From assembly GCA_009103225.1 (NCBI GenBank), contig RHPI01001168.1, forward strand, positions 31,308 to 95,307: a stretch of 64,000 bases of DNA. Direction: 5' to 3'. The translations under genes and the position numbers were made by a program. Below the pieces are notes generated by a model. That model was not told the DNA's origin, did no database searches, and saw nothing but the letters and a program-made list of their open reading frames with translations. Of the stretch, positions 44,784 through 58,934 are shown piece after piece (position 1 is the first letter of the stretch; every line of letters begins with the position of its first letter). Source of the DNA: Chlorokybus atmophyticus. Lineage: Eukaryota > Plantae > Mesostigma and Chlorokybus algae.

Positions 44784-45700
44784 TGTGGTCGTATCCAATA
44801 GCAGCACCAATACCGGTAATCGTTATAGCAGAAGTAGCCTGACTGGCCTCCACCAACAACCACACGACAGTTGCACCACTACTAGCTGCTTCATGCCCGG
44901 CCGGCCCAGTGCCAGCCTCGGAAGCAGATCAGCCTGGTAGCTTACCCAAACAAATTGCTGAACACGCACCCATACCAATTGCAAGCACCACAGCTGTTGC
45001 GCTACCAATAGCTCTCCCCTTACTCAGCAACTTGCCAGAGAGCCAAGCGATCGAGCAAGCTTCGAATGAGCAAGCTTCGGATCAACTCAACTTTGTACTC
45101 TATCACGTGCAATACCAATTGCCCGACAGCTTCTGCAGCTTCTCCAGCAACCACCAACCCCACCACCGCCGCCGACGCCTCCACCGCCGACGCTGCAGCG
45201 TGGCACAGCTATGCTACCAGCGTGCACGCTGAGAGCATAGTATAGTGTTTCGGTTACAGCTAAAACTCCAGCCAAGCCGCGGCTGACTTGAAGCAGGCCG
45301 TCAGCACTGCCCCAGCAGCGGACACGCCGTACCGTAGATACCGTATCTTGGAGCGTACCTGGAGGTACCGCATCTCCCCGACGGAGTATCTCTCCAGCAG
45401 AATCCGCCGCTTCAGGCGTATTCGCGTGACTGACAGACTTTTGCTTTGGCATTAGCGTTAGGCAGTAGGCTGGGCTAGAGCGGCGGTGGCGGTGGCCAAG
45501 GTATTGGTGTAGGCGGAGGTTGGGTGAGTTGTCATCGTCGTGGGCTGCTTGGTGGGGACTGGCGGTGGACGTCGTTGCTTGTTTCTCAGCTGACTGGGAG
45601 AGTTGGTCGTTTGGCATGGCCCAGCTGGAGGTGGTTGTTGCTTAGGAAGTTGTTTGCAGCAGTGTTTGGGAGCGGCGAGGTTGAGTCGCGACGGAGACCT

Positions 45701-48550
45701 ATGGCGAGCGAGGCGGAAGTTACGGTGGGCAGGCATGAGGACAGCCCGCTGCTGGGAAAGCCCGGGGGGTCACGCCGCTTCAAGGTGAAGCCGCTGGTTC
45801 GTGTGCATCACGTGCTTGGTTTCACAGTGCACTGTGCGGGCGGCAAGTTCATCTTGGGCAAGCAGGCTACATGCCTACAAGATTGTAAGCAATTATTGAT
45901 CTGAAACAGCTGTGGGCGGGTGATTGTTCAGTTGAAAATGCACTCAAACCAAGGAGTATAATGCAACTGATAGCTGAAGCGCGTGCTTGTGAATCGTGTC
46001 ACGCCCTACATGAGCACCAAGAGTTAGCGGATTAAGTACTTGTCAATACGATGTTGATGTAGACACATGCAAAGGCTAGACGGGTGTGTTGTTGTACTGA
46101 GGTGGTTGCGCCGCAGGAATCCTATAGAAAGGTGTTGTTGGCAACTCTCATCGTTGCTCTGGGGCCGCTCAGTTTCGGCTACACGGTAATCGCTTGTTGC
46201 TGTTGCACTCGTTGAAAGGGCACTTGCTTCCATGCATAAGTATCTGAGTTACGCATGTGCGCTGGGTCACTGCCCTTTTGCACAGGTGGGGTATACTTCT
46301 CCGGCACTGCAAGAGTTGCGCTCTACATTAAACCTCAAGTTGAGGGAGGTGAGAGTACTTACACATCTGCACAGTGGTCTTTGGAACTTGTCAAACGTGT
46401 TGTGAGGATCATCAGCTGCCGTGCAGGCTTCGCTGTTTGGGGCGCTTGTAAATATTGGTGCAGTCATAGGCGCATCCATCGGCGGGCATATTGCAGATGG
46501 GCTTGGCAGAAAGGCGGTAGGTTGCAAGCAGTGACTTATCCTAACTGTTTCTGCGCTACATGCACATGCTGCTGACAGACTGTTTTCGTGCATGCAGGCA
46601 CTTACTGCTGCTGGTATGCCTTTTGTTGTTGGGTGGTTGATGATATCCCTTGCAGCGCACAAAGGGTTGTTGTTCATAGGTCGTCTGCTGACAGGTGAGT
46701 GATTATTGTTCGACAGCTGACCAGGCACACAGCTCTGAGAGCTATCCATAGGAGTATGAAATGCTGAGTCGGCTACATGTTGTGTTTGGCAGGCTTTGGA
46801 GTGGGTGTGGTATCTCTCACTGTTCCGGTGTACATAGCTGAAACTGCACCCACTAAGCTGCGAGGGACCTTGGGAGCCATGAACCAGGTGTGCCTGACCT
46901 TGGTTACTCAAGGCAATGTTGCTGTCTTGCTTGGTTGGATGGCGCACACATGTCTCATGCGGATGCTTATTTATCACACTTACGCCTCTTGCACTGGTGT
47001 TGCAGCTCGCAATAACCACAGGCATCGCTGTTGTATACTCCATTGGAATAGTTACGCATTGGCGGCAGCTGGCGATCTTAGGTAGTTTGAACATGTGAGC
47101 TGCCATGTTGTCTAGCAGGCATGCAACAAGTTACCATGCAGTAACTCAACAGTGCACATAGATTGCATGTACTGGTGCCTTGTGATGGTTGCAACATCAA
47201 CATGTGCTAAGTCCAGTGATTGCAGGAGCTGTTCCCGCAGCATGCCTACTGCTAGGTATGCTGATAATCCCTGAAACGCCTCGATGGTTGGTGAGTAACC
47301 ATATTAACAGTACATCTCACATTGGCAGTCATTGTAACGTTGCTCGATGCTTACTGCTCTTTGGCAGGCCACTCATGGCGATCCAGACAAGGCACTCAGT
47401 TCGTTGACATGGCTGCGAGGCCATTCCGCTGACATCACAACTGAACTGCATGACATCCAGGTAAGCATAAGGGCAGTGCATGCTCTCCTATGCGGTAGTT
47501 GCGCAGGACCACTTGTATCAGTTTCTCGATTCATCCAGAATGGAGGGCCTCCAACACAAGCGCGAGCCTCTTTCAGGGAGCTTGTCTCTCCTAGCATCCG
47601 GAAGCCCATGCTGGTATGAGGCGCACTGTGTGACCACTATGCATGACCTCAAACTCTTCCCGTGCATTGAAGTTGTGAAGTGAATGCTCACCGTGGTGCA
47701 CTTTAATTGAACATGCTTGCGGACTTGACCCTTGCTATGTGCAGGTCTCTCTCGGGCTGATGGCAGCACAGCAGTTGAGCGGTGTCAACGCTGTGATCTT
47801 TTACAGCGGAGACATCTTTATTGCTGCTGGCATCAAGTCTGCACATGAAGCCGCGATGGTCGTGGCAGCCTTGCAGGTGACCCCCTTTTCCCCTTACAGT
47901 CGTGTCATTATGTGCACGCAGAACAAATGTTCAATGCATGGCTCCTGCTACAGGTGGTCATGACAGCAGTGTCCTGTTGGCTTATGGACCGAGCCGGGCG
48001 GCGCGTGCTCCTGCTAGTCTCCACAGTCGGGATGTGCCTCGCGTGCTTCTTCTTGGGACTCTTCTTCTACTCCAATGCAAGTGTATGCTAGTGACTGAGC
48101 GTTTGGGTCGTTCTTCCACACGCTTGACTGATGGGTTCTGAGAGCCAGGACGCCCAAAACTTGGTAAGGCCTGCTGTTGAACACGTTACCACCTTGCAGG
48201 CCACGGGGAGTTTTGAGTGGTTCCACGGGGACACGACGGCGCTTGCAAGTGTTGTACTTTACGTGTCAGCATTTTCCCTCGGGTTGGGAGCGATCCCTTG
48301 GCTAATGATGGGTGAAATCTTCCCCGCGCACGTGAGGGGTCTGGCCGCAAGTGTGGCGACCCTGTGCAACTGGACGCTCGCGTTCATTGTCACGCAGACC
48401 TTCCAGCAACTGCTCAACTGGAGCTCTGCTGGCGCGTTCTGGATTTTTGGCTTCATATGCGCAGTATCCACTGTGTTCATCGTCGTGTGTGTCCCTGAAA
48501 CGAAGGGAAGGTCTCTTGAGCAAATCGAAGAGTACTTTAAGACTAGCTGA
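45701..48550 (+). CDS. MFS sugar porter, ERD6-like/GLUT8-type
   Basis: [28 protein letters not shown]|[85 protein letters not shown]; N-terminal dileucine-like EDSPLL. Confidence 0.95.
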
Positions 48551-51294
48551 AGGCTTGTAGCCGCGCTCTGGCCTACAACGGTGACGCAGATGTTTAGAAA
48601 GACTGCCCAGCGTTCACACTGCCTGCTTTAGACTTGCAATAAGCGCAGGTTGATTGCAGGCAAAACGCTGGTTGTGGCTTTGGCTGGATGCATGCAGCTA
48701 TCTGACGAGCGTCACACTGCAAGGTTAACACTCCCTGTTTTGATCAAGTGCATGTGTCAAGACACATGAGGCTTGTGCACAATTTGCACTCGATACCTTA
48801 TTTTCTGGTGTTTTTGTGCTAGCTTACTGCGGTCATTACGCAGTCAGGGTGGGTCCACTGGAAGAACTCTGCACCATGCTGGTGTATGCAGCTTGAGCAC
48901 AGTTAAAGTACAGATCCCAAGATAAGGCACTATGTGTTGAGCATCGTTTGGCATTGGCTTGCTGTGATGTATACGGGGTGCTGCATCACATGTATGTGTA
49001 AACCACACGCATAAGTATCTGCCATGTGCATGCAGTATACAGATCAGCCTATACATTTTATGCAACACTTGCATACTCGGTGTACAAGCAATATCACTTG
49101 GCATTTGCATTCAAAGTTGACAGCATAACACAGGTTCGTAACATGTGCAAACACACCTGCAAAGCTCAGCACGCCATCATTCCGCTACATTCCATCACGC
49201 TGCAAGCTTCGCTGGCCCAACACGCTCTACATGCCTGCAGGTTGTCCGCTAGGTTTGCCCCAGCTCCTACTGCACCAATATTGCACGCATGCATACAGGT
49301 AGCTAGATGAGGGTAGGATAGGCTAAGCTACGGCTATGCCCCCTGATGTACTATGTCTTCCTATGTGTACATAATCGGCATTATGTACACATAGGAGGGT
49401 GCTATTGTATGCACACGTGTGTTGTTTGCTTGCCGCTAGGTAGATGAGCTGACTGTGCAGTCCTGATGTGCAACGGCTACTGACGGCTCTAACCTACCAA
49501 CCTAGCAATGCCTGCAATCATACTGCTGTGTGTTGCGTAGGGAATAAGTGTGAGCGTTGCAACTGCTGGCGGTGGGGCCCAGTCAGTCGTCGTGGTTGGC
49601 TCTGCTGTCGTCATCGTCGTCACCAGCTGCTCTCATCCCCGGCCTAACCACCACGCCGCTGCGCCGCAGGTGGTGACCACTTGACGTCCGTGTCCTGCCT
49701 TGCCTTGCTCTGTTTCTAGTTGCCATTTTGTCGTTGTCTAGCTGTAGCCAGTAGCTAGCACTGCTCTGGGCCCCTCTTATTTTGTGCATCGTGCTGTTGA
49801 TGCATGTGCCTACTATGGTATGCTGTTTTGCTTGCCTTGCATGGCACAACTACATCCTAGAGCTTTAGATAGTGCATTTATGACCGCACCTCATGTGCAC
49901 CATGATAGTCAACCAAATGCTTATTGACGCTATTCTCGAGAAGATCTTGCCCTTTTACAACATTCCTACATCAGGGGTATAATGTGTGCAGTCCTCTACG
50001 ACGAATACTGTGCTAATGATTGCGTCACGCGATGGACATTGACTGCGTAACGCGTAACGACATGCCCCCTCACGTGCGACCCTACTATTTGCGGGCGGCG
50101 GCGGCGGTGGCGGCATGGCTGGGAAGATGCTTTGGGCGTAAGGCGAGGGCAACAACATTGCACTTGAGACAGATGGTTGAGGCTGGCGTGACGGCGGTTG
50201 TGGTGACGGGCAGGGGGGCCACTATACTCCCCTGAGGCGGTGGACTGAGGTTATATAAAGAGAGGCGCAGCAGCGGGAATGGGCTGCTCCAGCAGTAGAC
50301 CCAGGGCCAGCCGCTCGCACTCACGACATCACAACCAGGTATGACTATGCGCAGAAGAGAAAAACATGTGTATCAATGTTGCAAAATGGTTGGTGGCGGA
50401 GGATTGTGGGGAGAAATCAACTACGCACTTGGGCTTTCAGGAGCCATCTACTCTGATTGGGTGCTATCCAACAAACTTATGATGTGAACTTGACGATTAC
50501 AATTGCGCTACTGTAGTTACCAACAAGTACAGCAATCTTTTGTCGCAACAACACGCACAAGCACGCGCGCGCACGCACACGCACGCACGGGAACACACAA
50601 AGAGAGAAAGGCGAAGTGACGTCTTACCTGCACTGCTGGCCTTGACACATACGCTTCACATATGTTGTCAAGACAAATAGGTCATACAGTAACACAAGCC
50701 CGTGACTTTAAAGTCACGGGCTTACCTGCCGCTTACCTGCCGTCTACTGAACCCTCATGACAACTGGCAACCATGACAGCATGCACTGAAAACCAGCAAC
50801 ACCGCCTTGCTGGTCTCAGTAACATGCAACATGCTGTCCCTCTTGCGTGGAAACAAGAGCGGATTGTTACACGCACAAGTGTCATCAATGAACCATAGCA
50901 CTCATTGAGTAATGCATACTACGATGCTAGATAATGCTGCATGCTGCAGACTATAGCAATTGTATCTCAATCAAGTCAAGTATTGAGTTACTCTACGATA
51001 CAACACTCGCAAACTTTGCACCACAATGCCCTATTTACCCCATTGGCTTTACAGAACGTAATCGAAGTTTTCAAGGTGCCCAAGCAGAACGACATGCCTA
51101 TTTCGGCCAATAAAAGCACCTCATTAGCAGTAGCGCGCGCAATCTGATTGCATGCCGCTGTATGCTGCATCCAGTCTGCGAAACTTTGTTTTCAACTATC
51201 ACACTGGCGTTAATATTGATACAGTAAGAAACCTGCTTCATTGTGTGCACAACTGACTGTCGGTGTGTTTGTCTCTCCCATTTGTGGGCAACAG

Positions 51295-52884
51295 CCATCA
51301 AACCCCGGGACGCCGTACACGCCGAACGGAGGCGGAGAGGAGCAGCCGTCGACGCCGCTCTCCCCGACGGCGGACGACAACGCCGTCGCGTACTTCCTCT
51401 ACGGCAACACCCTCCTCGAGAAGGGAGCCTACCACGCAGCCATCGAGGCATACACGGAAGCAGTCCGACTCAACGTCCACTTCGCCAAGGCAAGGAGGAA
51501 GATATTGTTTTGTAGCTGCGTGTGCCTGTGGGTGCATGCACTTGTGTATGTGTGCGTGCAAGGGCAAGTGTGCACACGTGTTTGCAAACTGTTCAATTGT
51601 GCACTCAACTGCATGCATGTGTCGATGCATTCATGCATGCATCCATGCGATTGCCGATGCATGAGGATGCAACGTGGGCGTATCTGTGCAAGTGCCTGTG
51701 TGCAAGTGTATAATGCTGACAACACATCATAGCGCGAAAGCGTGCGCTGAACACACACCTCGCATGTGGTGTAGGCTTACCACGAGCGAGGACTTGCATA
51801 TAATGAAAAGGGTGATCGGGAGCGAGCTCTAGAGGACTACTCGCTCGCAATCGAACTGGACCCTGAATATTCCGCCGCCTTTGTTTCCCGCGCCGCGCTG
51901 TACAACAGACAGGTGGATACGTAACATCTGCACTCATCAAACAAAGATGGAGTTCATCTCACACAACTCAATCGTAGGGCAACTATGAGTTGGCCATCAA
52001 AGACTGCGATGCCGCAATCAAGTTGAACCCCTTATTCCCGGACCCGTGGAACCACAGAGGGCTGGCAAACAAGTACAGCGGGAACGTCGAGAAAGGTGTG
52101 TAGAAGAATTGGGTGTGACTGTGTGCGTGGAGATGTTGGTGGGTGAACTTGACATTTTGGTTTGTTTATGCAGCCATTGAAGACTGGGAAGAGGCAGCGC
52201 GGCTGGAGCCGAGATTGTTGTGCTGCGTGTGCATGGATGGACAGCGAGGTACGCATTGTTTGGCCATATATGTGGTAGTAGCTCGTCATGCCAACGCAAT
52301 CAAACCAATTGACACTCATGACCCTTCAACTGTGTTAGTGTTCTCAACTCATAGTCCGCCACTGCACAGGTACACGCTTGCACCCGTGTCTGCACTCGGC
52401 GCTGTGCGGCCCCTGCGCAAAGCACCTGGTGCAAGTGAACCAGCCCTGCCCAGTAAGCCACAACAATCTTGCACACCTTGCAATAGCACAACATTGCTTG
52501 CAAGCCAGCACAGACACACACGCGCGTGCACACACTTGCTCACGATGCATGAACCTGCCAGGTGTGCAGCACAGCAATAAGCCATGTGGAGTTCGGCACA
52601 TTTGGCAAGACATACGCCATGGATGCATTCTTACCAGAGGTAAATGAGCTGTTGATACTATATTACACTACACCTGCACTATGCAAGCAAATGCAGCAAA
52701 AGACACACCACATAGCTGAAAACTCACCGTTGTACAGGTGAGCGAGTGGCGTGGAAAGCGCGACGCCGAGCGCTCCATGCGTGCTGCTGCGGGAGGAGCA
52801 GATGGCGCCACAAATGGCGAAGGGACAATTCTTGAAGGCAAAGTATACGAACATGCGGCACCCGCAGGCGTTGCACAAGCATGA
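51295..52884 (+). CDS. TPR-repeat protein with a C-terminal C3HC4 RING finger; start not resolved
   Basis: TPRs (AYFLYGNTLLEKGAYHAAIEAYTEAVRL; AYHERGLAYNEKGDRERALEDYSLAIELDP; PWNHRGLA...AIEDWEEAARLEP), then CCVCMDGQR|GTRLHPCLHSALCGPCA...PCP|VC. Confidence 0.85.
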
Positions 52885-53125
52885 GCATTGACATGCTGTA
52901 GTATGCTAAATATAAACAATAGACTGATGATTGGGGCTGTAATCGGCACTGTAACACTCACAAAGTGTACAGTCACCGCATTATGGTTCATGCATGTGAT
53001 GTGCCAGTCACCACCACCGACAACAAACAAGGCAGCAAAACAACACTGCAAAGAATAGAAATGCATCCACGAGCAACATGCTGCGCATTTGGCAGCTGTG
53101 TTTGATTGGCGCATCAATCAACCAA

Positions 53126-54654
53126 TCAACGCTGTGTCTGGAACCTATTCAAGCGCCGTCTTCTAATCTCATCAGCAGTCAGCACTGGTTCAACAGGGGC
53201 TGATGCTGCGGCTGCAGATGCCCCGCGCGGCGTCCCGCACACTTGACAATAAGAAGCGGATTGTAGGTTACTATATGTACATGCGCTGCACTGCCAAGGC
53301 ACTGGAGTATTGCGTGTTTGAGTGCTTGCCCTCCCGCGCCCGTATGTCCTGCTGTTGGTGCTGCCAATGTTGGGCAACGTGCGCGAAGCCCAACGCCGGA
53401 CTCGTGGAGATCCGTACACGTAAAGCAACCCGGCAAGGATGCCACAAAGATGGCCTATGAAGGACGCCCGTGGGGTCACCAGCTGGATGTAGAGAAGCTC
53501 AGCCCAGCACGCGTACCTGTGTGCCAATCAACCAGGATCGGTTTGATTGTTGAGAAAAATGGACAGTGTTACTCTGTGCTTGGTTACATGATGTGCATGC
53601 CGGCACATGCACGCACGTGCGCACGTTGTGCGTGTGTGTGCATACGTGTGCATGCGCGCACGTGCGTGCATGCACATGATTGTTCGTGTATAGAAATATG
53701 CAGTGTTAACACAGCACCAACACTGACATCCCAAGAATGTAAATGTTTGTATGCTTGGGGTGGAGGCACGCACGTGTAGATGTATGCTTGCATGAGAACA
53801 GTGTTGGCGGTATACCTTGTCGGCAGCGTAAAGCCCATCACTCTCGTGCTCGCGGGCGAGTTGTGGTTGAGGACGATCTTCAGTGCAAACAGCACTGCCG
53901 AGAAACCCACCATGCAGGAGTGATAGTAAGGCTCCGGCATGCCAAAGAAAGCAGCCACAATGTATGAGACTCCCACCACCAGCCCGTGCGACATCAGAAG
54001 CAACGTCCCCACCTAAGTGTCAACCACAACTACTTGAGCACAACCGCTTGGTGCCAAGGAGACGCTGACGGTGCATACGAGTGACATTGTCAACAACACA
54101 CGCAGATCATCACAAGCAAGGTGTGCCAACCAGTTGCAGGAAGCGCTCCGATCCAATTGTGTTTTCAAGCTGGATGCCCTTCCAGACCAAGGACACCATG
54201 TTGTACACCTGGGTGGGCACAGCGCAGTGGTTCAAGTTGTGTGCATTACAGTCAGTCAACTAGGCCAGGCACGGCCGTCGCACGCTTGCGGCAGCAACTT
54301 ACCAAGTGATACTCATCTCCGTGGACAAAGGCACTGAGCAGGAGTCGCCTAACATCAGTGTTCTGCCAGTGTTAACAACAATGACGGTGACGGTACAGTC
54401 AGAGCACAACATAACAATAGTACTGCTGCATATGCTTGGGTGAAGGCAGGAGAGCACTAACCAAAACTCGATGGATTGCTGACCTTGACGACAAGGTGCG
54501 GGTTGAGGCAAGTCTGTTCCAACGAGGGCACAAGCGCCTTCAGCTCGCGCGGGCGGTAGTACACAGCAACGTTCAGCGCTACAAGAGCGAGTGTGACAGG
54601 AGGCTTGCGTTCCAAGCGCATGACCTGAGACAAACTTTGTGGGCACACGTCCAT
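53126..54654 (-). CDS. Rhomboid protease, RHBDL4/RBL14-like, with RanBP2 zinc finger and C-terminal p97-binding (VIM/VBM-like) motif
   Basis: PPVTLALVALN, AFVHGDEYHL|VYNMVSLVWKGIQLE, VGFSAVLFAL (catalytic Ser), SFIGHLCGILAG (catalytic His), WQCSACTYSN...YCQVCGTPR, LTADEIRRRRLNRF*. Confidence 0.92.
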
Positions 54655-54874
54655 GATAACAAGGTTTTCAGCTTGGATGCCTGAATGCCTGAAACGTGTA
54701 GATGCTCAAACTGCCTCTACACAAGCCACATACGAAAGCGCTTTAACTCATGCTTGTGCACTCATTTGACACGCACGCATGCACAGAGCCCCCCCCGCTC
54801 TCCCCTTTAACACAAATACACACCAAAAAAATTAACACGCTCACACGCATACGTTTGTGCATGCAACCAGACGT

Positions 54875-55734
54875 TTACCTGCTGGACAGTGTGCAGAATA
54901 AGCATGAGCAAATACGGGTCACGGAGGCCCCTGCGTGCATGCTGCCGCGAGTACGCTGCAGGTGGACGCCACATTCTGTGTTGGACAAACTTTCACTTAT
55001 TGTCGGTGTACCCTCCCAAATGTACGCTTCTGTAGGAGCAAATAAATGTACAAGCATGAAGGCAGCCCTTTGCACATACGCTCCCTCAGCTCACATCATC
55101 AACGACTAGCTTCAACGCGCTGCTGATCAGTGTTGTTCAGATATGCAAACACAGTCGACTGCGTTAGGACAACGTGACGTGTTTAACGCTGTCATGTTGA
55201 TTGTGAAACTTGGTACAGATTACACAAGATAAACAGGGATATCTGCCTTTCCGGATGAGGTATTTACTCGAAACAACTCGCAACAAATCACACCGCTGGT
55301 CAATTACAGAAACATGCTGAAGGCTAGGTTCCGCATACAGGAGCTTGAAGTACACCCTCCATGACAACTTAGTGATCAACCTGCACGCACCTTTTGCAGT
55401 AGCAGACCAAGCGGCTTTAAGCAGCTGGAAGGCGCCCAAGGCGTGCTCGAGGCTGCTTGCTCCTCCGCCTTGACGCAGTGCGCTCAAGTTCAATTATGCT
55501 AAGTCAAGCTGAACAAGCCGACCAACTAGACAGTCTCGGTTGCAAGTCGCTTGTTCCCGCTGCAAGCGCACCACAGCTGCCAGCTGAGGCACAACTTACA
55601 GAGCTAACCACCCTCCTCTCACCAGCACGCCCATCTCCGCCACCTTGCACCTTGCCCTGAACGCCGCAGACAACGACGACAAGAACCAAAACCATGGCAG
55701 AAAAGTTTGCTATTGGTTTGCTATATAGCTGCAT
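54875..55734 (-). CDS. Possible hypothetical secreted or membrane protein
   Basis: Hydrophobic start MVLVLVVVVCG and downstream open frames (YFKLLYAEPSLQH..., EAYIWEGTP...); splice not resolved. Confidence 0.25.
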
Positions 55735-55807
55735 GTGGGCGCTAAGGCGGTCGGTTGGGGAGCTGCGTGCGGGCGGAAGCTAAGCTGAGCTGAGACTGCT
55801 GCTCGAC

Positions 55808-58800
55808 ATGGGCCAGGCTGCCAGCAGCTGCTGGGATGCCTCACAGGAGCAGCAGGGGCTGGAGAAGGCGCCTGCAGCGGCCGGAGGAGGATACGTCACG
55901 CTGCTTAAGCATGACCACGCTGCGAGGTCAGCTCCTTCGCTTAATTGTACTGCTGTTGCACTGACATGTAGTTGTAGTGCTTAAGACTGAAGTTGTAAAC
56001 CCAATATGTGGTGAGTTGGGCAGCTTACCAGAGGTGGTTGCAGGTGGCTCAACGAACAATGGTAAAATAAGAAGGTTGCATGTTGCAAGCACTGTGCGCG
56101 CTGAGAACTGTGCCTCATCGCACATTCGTTCGGATGCTTGCCATCCCACAACAGTGCGAAGTCGCAGCTGCGGACAATGACGAGGCCATTGTCCCATGCA
56201 TGTTTCAACAAGCTCAGCTTAGTGTGCGATGTGCGTGGGGGGGGNNNNNNNNNNNNNNNNNNNNNNNNNNNNNNNNNNNNNNNNNNNNNNNNNNNNNNNN
56301 NNNNNNNNNNNNNNNNNNNNNNNNNNNNNNNNNNNNNNNNNNNNNNNNNNNNNNNNNNNNNNNNNNNNNNNNNNNNNNNNNNNNNNNNNNNNNNNNNNNN
56401 NNNNNNNNNNNNNNNNNNNNNNNNNNNNNNNNNNNNNNNNNNNNNNNNNNNNNNNNNNNNNNNNNNNNNNNNNNNNNNNNNNNNNNNNNNNNNGGGGAGG
56501 GGGGGGCCGGGGACGCTGGTAGAGGACTGAGCAAGCTTATGTTATGGCAGCCAACGCAATGGCATTTATTCTCAATTACTGTCGTGTGTTGTGTACCTTG
56601 GCACTCAGTGCAGTTACAAGCTTTCCTGCCATGTGCAGGGATCCTTGTGGCTCTCCATTGCCACGGCATGCAAGCACTTACTGTGAGCGTTCCCCAAGTA
56701 CCGAGTTCATGCATGCATTGGAGAGCTTAAAGCAACAGCGTCCGCGGCTGATGATTAGTGACACCGACCTTGCCTACTTGCGGCATGCAATCCACGGTCC
56801 GCTGCAGTTCGAGTACCAACAGCTTGTCAAGACGGTGGAAGACACTGCCGATGACGATGACGGCGTGCACTTGAATGCTGCTGGTGTACCGCTTCTCAAC
56901 CATAGCCGGCCGTTCATGGACCGAACCACAGGCGCTGCCGCGCTATACTTGGCCGGTGGGAGCCCAAGATATGCTCAGCTCGCTCGCCGCCGTATGCTGC
57001 ACGCTGCTCAACTCAGCGTACAAGGTAAGCATGCCGTTGCGCAACCACCACACTTTTGTTTTACTTTGTTGGTAACCAGCACCTCACATCAGCAATTGCA
57101 AGCTCATCCACACCTAGTGCTTTTAGTGCACTTTGAGTACGGAACAACCAAGTCACGGTGCACTGAGATTGACAGTTGAGCATTGTTGCGTGTTGATGTG
57201 TTCGTAGTATGCACACATGCCATATGTTTGCAGATTGGAACCCGGCTGGTGTTCCGGACCCTGGCTTCCTTGCGGTGGCCGAGTACATAGTAAGTTTGCA
57301 GCCACTGCTGAGTTGAGCTCAGACTTCCTTGCTGTACTAACTAGTCGGCCGCAGGTGGGCATGGCATGCGGCTTTGACTGGATCCATAACACGCTCGCGA
57401 ACGCAGATAAGCAGGCGGTGTGGCTGGCGGTGCGAGACAAAGCAATGATACCGGCGCTCGATGTCTTCGATGGACGCACCTCGTTCGACTGCACGCACTT
57501 CGACTGCTACCATACCAATATTGGCATCATAGTGAATGCTGCGTTCTGCATCGCAGCCCTGACATTCGCGGGTACGTGTTGATGCGCGTTTTGCAAGCAT
57601 GCAGCACAAGTTGTGCATTGTTTGAGGATATGATCGCTAACGCTGTGCATGCAGAGTATGACTACCCCTTAGCACAGCGGCTGTTTGCGTACGCAATGCC
57701 AGCTGTCCGCAACGCCATATCAACCTTTTGCCCGCATGGCGCGTGGCTAGAAGGGCCACTTTATTGGTCGTTTGGAGGTTGGTTTGCGGGACTGGCAATG
57801 TCCGCACTCGAGACCGCACTCGGGACAGACTTCGGCCTATCATCTCTTGCGGGCATGCACGAGACAGCTTACTTCCGCCAGCACTGCATTTCTCCCACGC
57901 GCAAGTTCTTCAACTTCTCCGATAGTCACGAAGAAGTGTTGAGCGGCAACCTGAGTTACTACATAGCCAAGAGGTTCAAAGATGGTGCGATATACAACCA
58001 CGAAAACTCGCTGCACACCACGGGCACGGGTTTCCGGTTGCTTTGGTCTACACGTGATGTTGCTGAAGCACGACGCACGCCTTTTGGTTCTATCACTCCG
58101 TGCGATGGTTACTACTCTGGTCTGGAGGTTGAGACCGTGTTTATGCGCACGGCTTGGGATGACCCGCAAGCAGCGTATGTTGCACTGAAGACAGGGTCGA
58201 ACCCAACATCAGGCCACACCCACCGACACCTGGACCTTGGGACCTTCGTGTATGAAGCTGCCGGGGAAAGGTGGTTTATTGACCTCGGTGCAGAGAACTA
58301 TGCGTGCCAAGACATGTTCAAGCCCGGCCGCTTCGAGTTGTATCGCAACCGCACGGAAGGCCACAACACGCTCGCTATCGCGCCGCAGCAGCAAGTCCCT
58401 TTGTACTATACAAGCCAGTTTATGGGGCGGACTGCACCCATGACAGCTTTTCACTCTTCACCGCAGCGAAGCAGTGCAGTCGTTGCCCTGAGCGATGTCT
58501 ACTGTGCACAAAGCGTGAAGCGCGGGGTTGCTCTGTTTAAGACAGACCCTCATAGCTCTGTCCTACTCGTTCAAGATGAAGTGTACTCCTCTCACCCTGT
58601 AGATGTGGTTAGCATGTTCCACACGCGCGCGGTTGTACTCATGAATCCAGATCATCGGTCAGCGCTTCTGCAGCAGAACGGCCGCACGCTTCATGCACGG
58701 ATCATGCAGCCCGACTCCGCGGTGTTTGACATCATAACATGCGATCCAACACCACGCGGATGCAGCTTGGACCCTCCTGAGGACTGCAACGCAGGAGTAA

Positions 58801-58934
58801 GCAACTTGATTGTGGGATCCCCTGCGCTCGTCACTGATACAACTATTGTTGTGGTGTTTTCGCAAAACAAGAGTGTGACTAGTGGAGAGTGGTTCAGCTT
58901 GCAACCGCTTTCGCAATGGCCTGGTGCCAAGTAG
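55808..58934 (+). CDS. Heparinase II/III-like polysaccharide lyase-fold protein
   Basis: RPRLMISD, DWIHNTL, TNIGIIVNAAFCIAAL, GAWLEGPLYWSFG, FFNFSDS, VFMRTAWDDPQAAYVALKTG, HRHLDLGTFVYEAAGERWFIDLGAENY, YRNRTEGHNTL; final exon 57655-58934 is 1.28 kb. The link to the 5' exon at 55808 is inferred across a gap. Confidence 0.8.

Noticed and set aside
45087-45617. 176-aa minus-strand ORF between the Dug fusion and the sugar transporter
   Set aside because: No motif, and it lies in a GC-rich divergent promoter/UTR region; cannot be supported as a gene.
49583-50700. Possible minus-strand gene
   Set aside because: A splice donor and GC-rich frames exist, but I could not build a phase-consistent ORF.
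57420-57654. ORF-track N-terminus (MAGGARQSND...) of the 504-aa lyase ORF
   Set aside because: Off-frame and intronic; the true frame joins 57571 to 57655 through a GT-AG intron.
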